Assembly (NCBI GenBank): GCA_963713475.1
Contig: CAVQLY010000005.1
Location: forward strand, 77,955-141,954
Direction of reading: 5' to 3'
DNA: 64,000 nt
DNA from: an uncultured Thermoleophilia bacterium
GTDB taxonomy: Bacteria > Actinomycetota > Thermoleophilia > UBA2241
Shown: positions 58,224 to 64,000 of the stretch, in pieces
Position numbering within the stretch: the first letter of the stretch is position 1
Layout of the letters: each line of letters starts with the position of its first letter
Made by a program: the position numbers and the translations under genes
Notes under the pieces: model-generated
What the model saw: only the letters and a program-made list of their open reading frames with translations
Databases searched by the model: none
What the model was told of the DNA's origin: nothing

Positions 58224-61200
58224 ATGGTACGCAAGGGCCTGTTCATGGTCGTCTTCGCGACTGCCACGTTGTGGTTATTGTGGCCGTCATCTCGCCGACG
58301 GCGATGGCTGCGGCGGGGTGGGTGACGACGCAGCTCACCGACAACGACTACAGCAACAGAGTTCCCGGAGTCTCGGGTGACCGGGTGGTGTGGATGGCGG
58401 GGGAGTTACAGGCGGGGGTCAAGACAGTAATACCTGGAGGTCTACACGTGGAAGGAGGGCGACTCTGGCCCCACTCAGATCACCCACAACCTCACCCGGA
58501 TTACGCCGCAGGTCTCCGGCGATCGCGTCGTCTGGGTCGGATCCATGGCTCCTACAACGCGACGGCGCCTCTACACGTGGGAATCGGGCGACGCCGCGCA
58601 ACACTGATCGTCGACGGCCTGGGGCAGACCCCGAGTACGCAATCTCAGGCGATCGGGTGGCGTGGGTAGACATTCCGGACTATCCGGGAGGTTACAGCGC
58701 CGCGGAGGTCTACACTGGAAGGTGGCGGCTGCGCCACGCGGGTCACCGACAACGCCGTTCCGGATGGCTACGTGCAGGTTTCCGGCGACGGCTGGTGTGG
58801 GCCGCAGGGGACATGCCTGGACCAGGGAGCCCAAAGGCGCCGGGGAGATGAAGACCTGGAAGGTGGACGAAGCTGCACGCGGGTGACGACAATGACCATG
58901 ACGACTGGTGCACGATGGTCTCCGGCGATCGGCTGGCGTGGCTCGGGAGCGCGGATGCCTCCTCGATCGAAGACGTCTTCACTGGAAGGTGGGCGACGCA
59001 GCGCCACACGGGTCACTCGGGCCGTGAGTGCGAGCGATCTCCGGGTCTCCGGCGACGTTCGCCTGGCGGGCGCTATAGGGGGGCCGATAGATGACAACGA
59101 GGTCTTCACTTGGCAGGTCGGCGACCGGCCCGACAAGGTTGACCGACGACGACGGTAACGACGGATTCGTGGGGCTCTCCGGCAATCGACTAGTGTGGGC
59201 CTCGTGGCCGCATGGTAGTTCTGAGCCTTGCGAGATCTACACATGGGGGCCGGTGACGTCGTACCGACCAGCTCACCGGCATCAGCAGGACTGGGCGCGA
59301 CGGTTTCGGGAGAACGGGTTGTCTGGAGCTACCTGTACAGTCACAAGCCAGATTCGTACTGCCGTACCGCTCCCGGCGGCGTGGGCAATTTGGTCTCCCC
59401 GACGCACCTGACGAGGCGACTGGTACGCGGACTCTGGCCCCGCTTCGCTTGGGATGCAGCAGCGATGCAATCTCCGGTGTAGACGGCTACTCGTACATGC
59501 TCGACAGGACCGGGGACCGTGCAGACACGGAGGTAGATCCCACGGACGCGGCAGTGCTCGGCTTCGCACCGTGGACCGACTACCAACCGGTCGATATGCG
59601 ACCGTCGCCACAGGCGACGTCAACAACGACGGCAAGGCGGACATCGTGACGGCGAACGGCGGCGACTCCACCGTCAGCGTACTGCTCGGAAGGGATGACG
59701 GCAGTTTCCAAGCGAAGGACGATACGAACTGGAGTTGCGCGTGCAGTAGCGTTGGCGAGTTCAACGGCGACGGCAAGCAGGACGTGGCGACGAGGAACAC
59801 CGATGGGCACGGTCTCGGGTCGGTAGCGTGCTGCTGGGCAACGGCGACGGCACTTCAGGGCAAGGTCGACTATCCGACGGGTGGCAGCGGAACCGACGTG
59901 GCCGTGGGCGACTTCAACGGCGACGGCAAGCAGGATCTGGCCGCGACGTCGTCGCAACGCGAACAAGGTCGGTGTGAGGCTGGGCTACGGCGACGGCAGC
60001 TTCAGGGCCAGGGCCGACTGGTCGGCACAGTGAGAGTCACGTTGGTCGTAGGTGATTTCAACGGCGACGGCAAGCATGCCCTGGTGGTGGCGAACGGCCA
60101 GGAGCATTGGACGCGAGCGTGCTGCTCGGTGACGGGGGCTGGCAGCTTCGCCGGCAAGATCGACTTCACGACGGGTGACGGCCCTACCGAGTCGCCGTGG
60201 GTGACTTCAACGGCGACGGCAAGCAGGACCTGGTGACGGCGAACGTTTCGATTCGGTGGCGACAAGGTCGGCGTGCTGCTTGGGGAAGGCGACGGCAGCT
60301 TCGCCGGACCTATCGACTATGCGACCGGCTAGCTCGCTCGGTCGGTCGCCGTGGGTGACTTCAACGGCGACGGCAAGCAGGACCTGGTGACGGCAACGTC
60401 GACGGCGGCGACGTCAGCGTGCTCGGGGATGCGGCGACGGCACCTTCGCCGGGGCAGCGGCCTTCAGCGTGGGGTCTGGGGCGTCCTCGCTCGCCGTCGG
60501 CGACTTCAACTCGGACGGCCGGCCTGACCTAGCTGCGGCCACAATGCATTGCTCTACGGCGACACGGTCAGCGTCCTCATGAACGCCGCCGCGGGCACGG
60601 CCACCATTTCAGTGACTTTGCCGATGGTGTCTGGTACTTCCACGTGAGGGCTGTGAACCGAGCGGGCTACGGTGGCCCGACCAGCACGCGAGAGGTACGC
60701 ATCGACACGGCGCACAATACGTTGCCGGGCAGCAACGTGACGGTCGACCTTGAGTCGGACATCTGCGTGATGTTCGACAGCGTCAGCGCGCCCGGCACGA
60801 CGACGGTCACGACGAGCCCCGTCAGTCCCGGTCCCGCCCCCGGCGAGTTGCTGGTGCTTGGCGGCCTCTACTTCGCGTTCTCGACCACGGCTGCATACCA
60901 GGGGCCCATCAGCATCTGCCTGCCCTATGATATTACCGGTCTCAGCGATGCCGAGCAGCAGGGCCTCGTCCTCCTACATTACGACGACGGTGTCTGGGTC
61001 AATGTGACGGACTCCGTGGACATGGTGAGACACATGGTCTGCGGCTCGGTCCAGCATCTCTTGGTTCGCGGTCGCCTATCCCAACCAGCCGCCCGCGGTT
61101 GGCGCCCTCAGCGCCCCGGTCGACCCCGTCAAGGTGGACACGCCCGTCGTGGCCTCGGCCGGCTTCACCGACCCCGGCATCCTCGACACCCACACGGCGC

Positions 61201-61828
61201 TCTGGGCCTGGGGGGACGAGACGTCACCCGGCAGCGTCACGGAGGTCAACGGCTGCGGCACGGTCTCGGGGACGCACACCTACCTCAAACCGGGCGTCTA
61301 CACCGTGACGCTGACTGTGACCGACGATGACGGCGCCTCGAGCCAGCGCGTCTACGGGTACGTCGTGATCTACGACCCGAGCGCCGGGTTCGTCACCGGC
61401 GGCGGGTGGATCCTGTCGCCTGCCGGGGCGTACGTGCCCGACCCGGGCGCTGACCGGGACGGCCAGCTTCGGCTTCGTCACCAAGTACCTGAAGGGTGCC
61501 ACGGTGCCGACCGGCGAGACCGAGTTCGTGTTCCAGGCCGCGGGCACATGAACTTCCAGTCGACCAGCTACCAGTGGCTGGTTGTCTCCGGAAAGGACAA
61601 GGCCCAGTACAAGGGCAGCGGCACGATCAATGGTTCGGCGGCAACTACGGCTTCATGCTGACCGCGCTCGACGGACAGGTCTCTGGCGGCGGCAATCTCG
61701 ACAAGCTGCGCATCAAGATCTGGGACAAGACCAGCGGTGAGGTCATCTACGACAACAAGCCTGGTGCCGCGGACACTGCCGACCCGACCACGACCCTCGG
61801 CGGCGGCAGCATCGTCGTCCACAATTAG
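58224..61828 (+). pseudogene. Giant exported surface protein (SGDRVVW-type repeats, 7 FG-GAP/VCBS-like repeats, PKD-like domain), broken by at least 10 frame changes and an in-frame TAG
   Basis: ATG 58224 gives signal peptide MVRKGLFMVVFATATL. Motifs VSGDRVVW, ISGDRVAW and TVSGERVVW occur at 58.3-59.4 kb. VGDFNGDGKQDLV occurs 7 times at 59.6-60.5 kb. YFHVRAVNRAGYGG and THTYLKPGVYTVTLTVTDDDGAS follow. The end GGGSIVVHN* is at 61828. The pieces lie in 12 or more ORF-track fragments. A TAG occurs at about 60330. Confidence 0.65.
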
Positions 61829-61978
61829 GAGTACGGACAATCCTGAGCCTGAGGCACGGAGGCGGCCGGCCCCTCCGTGCCTCTTCGCCCTGGCTCTGCT
61901 ACCCGCGAGCAGCTTGTTGCTGCCGACCTTGGCCTGCTGCGTGTTGGCGGCGACCCTGTCCGAGCTGTTGGGGATATC

Positions 61979-62118
61979 GGCTCAGCCCCCTTCCTTGCCA
62001 AGAATCTTGCCGACATGCCCATACGAGACAGTGGAGATTGTGGCACTGTATGGGACTGTGTGGAGGCTGGAGGAGCACCGCAGGCACGGTCAGGGTCGAC
62101 TGAAGATCGTGTCGCAGC
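61979..62118 (+). repeat. Leader block R4, copy b
   Basis: cggctcag..ccttgccaagaatcttgcc..gattgtggcactgtatgggactgtgtggaggctggaggagcaccgcaggcacggtcaggg..atcgtgtcgcagc. Confidence 0.6.
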
Positions 62119-62379
62119 GATTTGGACCCGACACAGGTCTGAAAATCGTGTCGCCGCCCGGTCGGCACAGGTCACGCGAACCTGTGTGGCAAACGAAAGG
62201 CGCTCCTGTGCTGCTGGTCTTCACCCTCTGCCGACGTCGAGGCGACTCACTGGGGACCTAGTAGCGCCCGCGCAGCTCTTCACGAGGTGGAGCGCCATGC
62301 GCCCCGGTCCCCTGGCGGCCCCCGAAGAAGACGGCGTGCGCTTGGCAGAAGCCGCCTCTAGCCTCTGCTCGCGGTCTGC

Positions 62380-62398
62380 ACACGATACACAATCGTGT
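62380..62398 (+). promoter_or_regulatory. 7-5-7 palindrome acacgat-acaca-atcgtgt
   Basis: Second copy of the 55534..55552 palindrome, 25 nt upstream of P copy 7. Confidence 0.4.
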
Positions 62399-62422
62399 CC
62401 GCGCCCCGACGTCCCCTGAGAA

Positions 62423-62439
62423 TCACCGGATTCCGGTGA
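62423..62439 (+). promoter_or_regulatory. P palindrome, copy 7
   Basis: gagaa-tcaccggattccggtga-agacaacccc, about 150 nt upstream of ATG 62582 and about 320 nt upstream of ATG 62753. Confidence 0.55.
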
Positions 62440-62581
62440 AGACAACCCCGTTCTGCGCCTCCATGATGACGATGGGAGGCATTGATCCGCCGGACGCACC
62501 ACCGCGGCCACCAGACACCGGGGGGGAGCCGCTGGTGAGGCCGGACCTCTGGGAGCCAAGGGGCCAACCACGGGAGGGAGC

Positions 62582-62700
62582 CATGAAGGAGCTTCTGCTC
62601 CTCATCGGACGAGCACGACTGCCGACGCGCTGTCCAACCAGCTGGACTCGGGCTCGCTCCTCTGCCCGGCCCGCTGGTGGATTCCTCGGGGGTCCCGCAG
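62582..62700 (+). pseudogene. Possible remnant of a paralog of the 63825 gene
   Basis: Strong RBS gggaggg before MKELLLLIG. In a second frame STTADALSNQLDSGS resembles ATTTADQIAQLQKAV of the 63825 product. Very short and degenerate. Confidence 0.3.
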
Positions 62701-62752
62701 GTTCAAGTCGGCGGTGCGCTGAAGCGCCGCCTGAGATGGAGGTGTATGCCCG

Positions 62753-63274
62753 ATGAAAGCCAAGAAACCGATCCTTCTTGTCGTGCTCCTTGCGTTCGTG
62801 CTCGTGCTGGCGTTCGCGCCGGCGGCCTCGCGAAATCGCAGCCCGTCGCCGCATCGGGCTCATGGACCTGGGTGGGCGGCGAGGGCGGGACGAACAGAGT
62901 GCTCGTCCAGCGGACACCTGTTCATCAAGGGCTACGAGATCGGCCAGTGGTCCGGCACGTTCACGGCCACCAACACGTACGAGAACTACGTGGGGACGGT
63001 CTGGTTCGACCCCGCCAACCCCGATACTTGGTACTCCCTGCGGGCGAAGCTCTGGATCCACTTCGCGGATGCCACCGTCGACATGGGCGGCGGTGTGCTC
63101 CTTCATGGTGACATGACCATGCTCGTCGTCTTTGATGGCTACGACTGGGTCCAGGGAGCCACCTGGAAGATCCACAACGGGACGCGTGGCCTGAAGCATC
63201 TCGGAGGCGCGGGCACCCTTGTCGGGACTACGACGGGGATGGACTACGCCGGCACCATCTGGACTCAGAAATAG
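62753..63274 (+). pseudogene. Secreted protein of unknown function, probably 2 compensating frameshifts near the N-terminus
   Basis: GGAGG RBS. Signal peptide MKAKKPILLVVLLAFVLVLAFAPAA. Codons 27-55 are Arg/Ser/Pro-rich, while the alternative frame reads AKSQPVAASGSWTWVGGEGGTNRVLV. The remainder (GHLFIKGYEIGQWSGTF...GTIWTQK) is clean. Confidence 0.55.
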
Positions 63275-63345
63275 CGACGGCGGCCAGGAGCGCGAATCGA
63301 AGAACGGAGGTCCTTCGGGGTCTCCGCTATCCTGCGCCCCGCCAA

Positions 63346-63377
63346 GAGGCCCGCCACCCGTGAGGGCAGCGGGCCTC
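63346..63377 (+). terminator. Hairpin H, copy 12
   Basis: gaggcccgccacccgtgagggcagcgggcctc, 72 nt past the stop at 63274. Confidence 0.6.
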
Positions 63378-63425
63378 TTCTGCGGGCTGTAGAAGTCGCC
63401 GCTGACGCTCGCTGTCGCACAAGAA

Positions 63426-63442
63426 TCACCGGATTCCGGTGA
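63426..63442 (+). promoter_or_regulatory. P palindrome, copy 8
   Basis: gctcgctgtcgcacaagaa-tcaccggattccggtga-agacaacgcc, about 390 nt upstream of ATG 63825. Confidence 0.55.
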
Positions 63443-63824
63443 AGACAACGCCGTGCCGTGTCTCCAAGATGGGAGTCGGGAGGCGTTGATCCGCCGGCGG
63501 CGCCATGCGGCCACCACGGTATGGCAGGGAGCCACTGGCGAGTTCGCCCGCGGGCCGGTCGTCGTGATGTGTGGGGAGCGGCCGGCAGCAAGAAGGGTCC
63601 AGGGCCGACTCCAGGAGGGGGCAGCGAATGGGGCACACCGTCTTGTCCACGTGATGCACGCTCGCCTGCGTTCCGTCCCTAGCCCCTGCACCCGCAAGCG
63701 CCACGCGCGGCGATGATGAGGGACGAACGGGCAGTGCAGCGTCCCTAGGGAGCCAAACACCGGGTCCCGGGTCTGGGGACCGGTTCAGTGATAGGGAATG
63801 CGCCAATCCAAGGAGGGGAACGTC

Positions 63825-64000
63825 ATGAGAAGGCTCGTTCTGTACCTCGTCTGCGTCGCCCTTGCGTTCTTGCTCGTGACGCCGGCGGTGGCCAGCGCCA
63901 CGACCACGGCCGACCAGATCGCTCAGCTCCAGAAAGCTGTCGCGGCCCTGCAGATGCTGACCGCCCAGCAGGGCCTACAGATCCAGGTGCTGAAGGCACA
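63825..64000 (+). CDS. Secreted protein, 5' part only (runs off the window)
   Basis: RBS aaggagggg. ATG 63825 gives MRRLVLYLVCVALAFLLVTPAVASATTTADQIAQLQKAVAALQMLTAQQGLQIQVLKA. Not in the ORF track because no stop is reached. Confidence 0.6.
   Translation, partial: MRRLVLYLVCVALAFLLVTPAVASATTTADQIAQLQKAVAALQMLTAQQGLQIQVLKA

Noticed and set aside
21003-63274. Treating all frameshifts as proof of biological pseudogenisation, or as programmed frameshifting.
   Set aside because: No slippery heptamers or conserved stimulatory structures were seen at the junctions, and sequencing or consensus error cannot be excluded from sequence alone. They are reported as disrupted pending read-level verification.

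Overview
GC-rich, actinobacterium-like chromosomal window with no rRNA, no intact tRNA, no CRISPR array and no intact IS or transposase. Coordinates 1-33.5 kb are mostly intact, ordinary genes: transketolase, a cell-wall remodelling group (two L,D-transpeptidases and an M14 peptidase), a B12-radical SAM enzyme, a 1137-aa cyclase/STAND/TPR protein, a cold-shock protein, a TetR/serine-hydrolase pair, and an ECF sigma factor with an MMPL transporter. From 33.5 kb onward the window is accessory. Five direct copies of a tRNA-Cys 3' half, plus an integrase stump, suggest repeated integration at one tRNA site. Two oppositely oriented arrays of small, mostly exported proteins (33.7-40.2 kb on the minus strand, 55.5-64 kb on the plus strand) have intergenic regions assembled from the same reusable blocks. 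These blocks are a 32-nt GUGA-loop hairpin H (12 copies), a box B (7 copies), a palindrome block P (TCACCGGATTCCGGTGA, 8 copies, two of them outside the arrays) and further shared leaders. I could not match this modular, cassette-like organisation to any described element, and it is the most interesting signal here. About 16 genes are broken by frameshifts or stops. Nearly all lie in the accessory blocks, including a whole GntR-associated catabolic operon at 47-55 kb and a 3.6-kb surface-protein gene. This is either genuine decay or local consensus error, and reads are needed to decide. All functional calls rest on motif recognition by eye; no searches were run.
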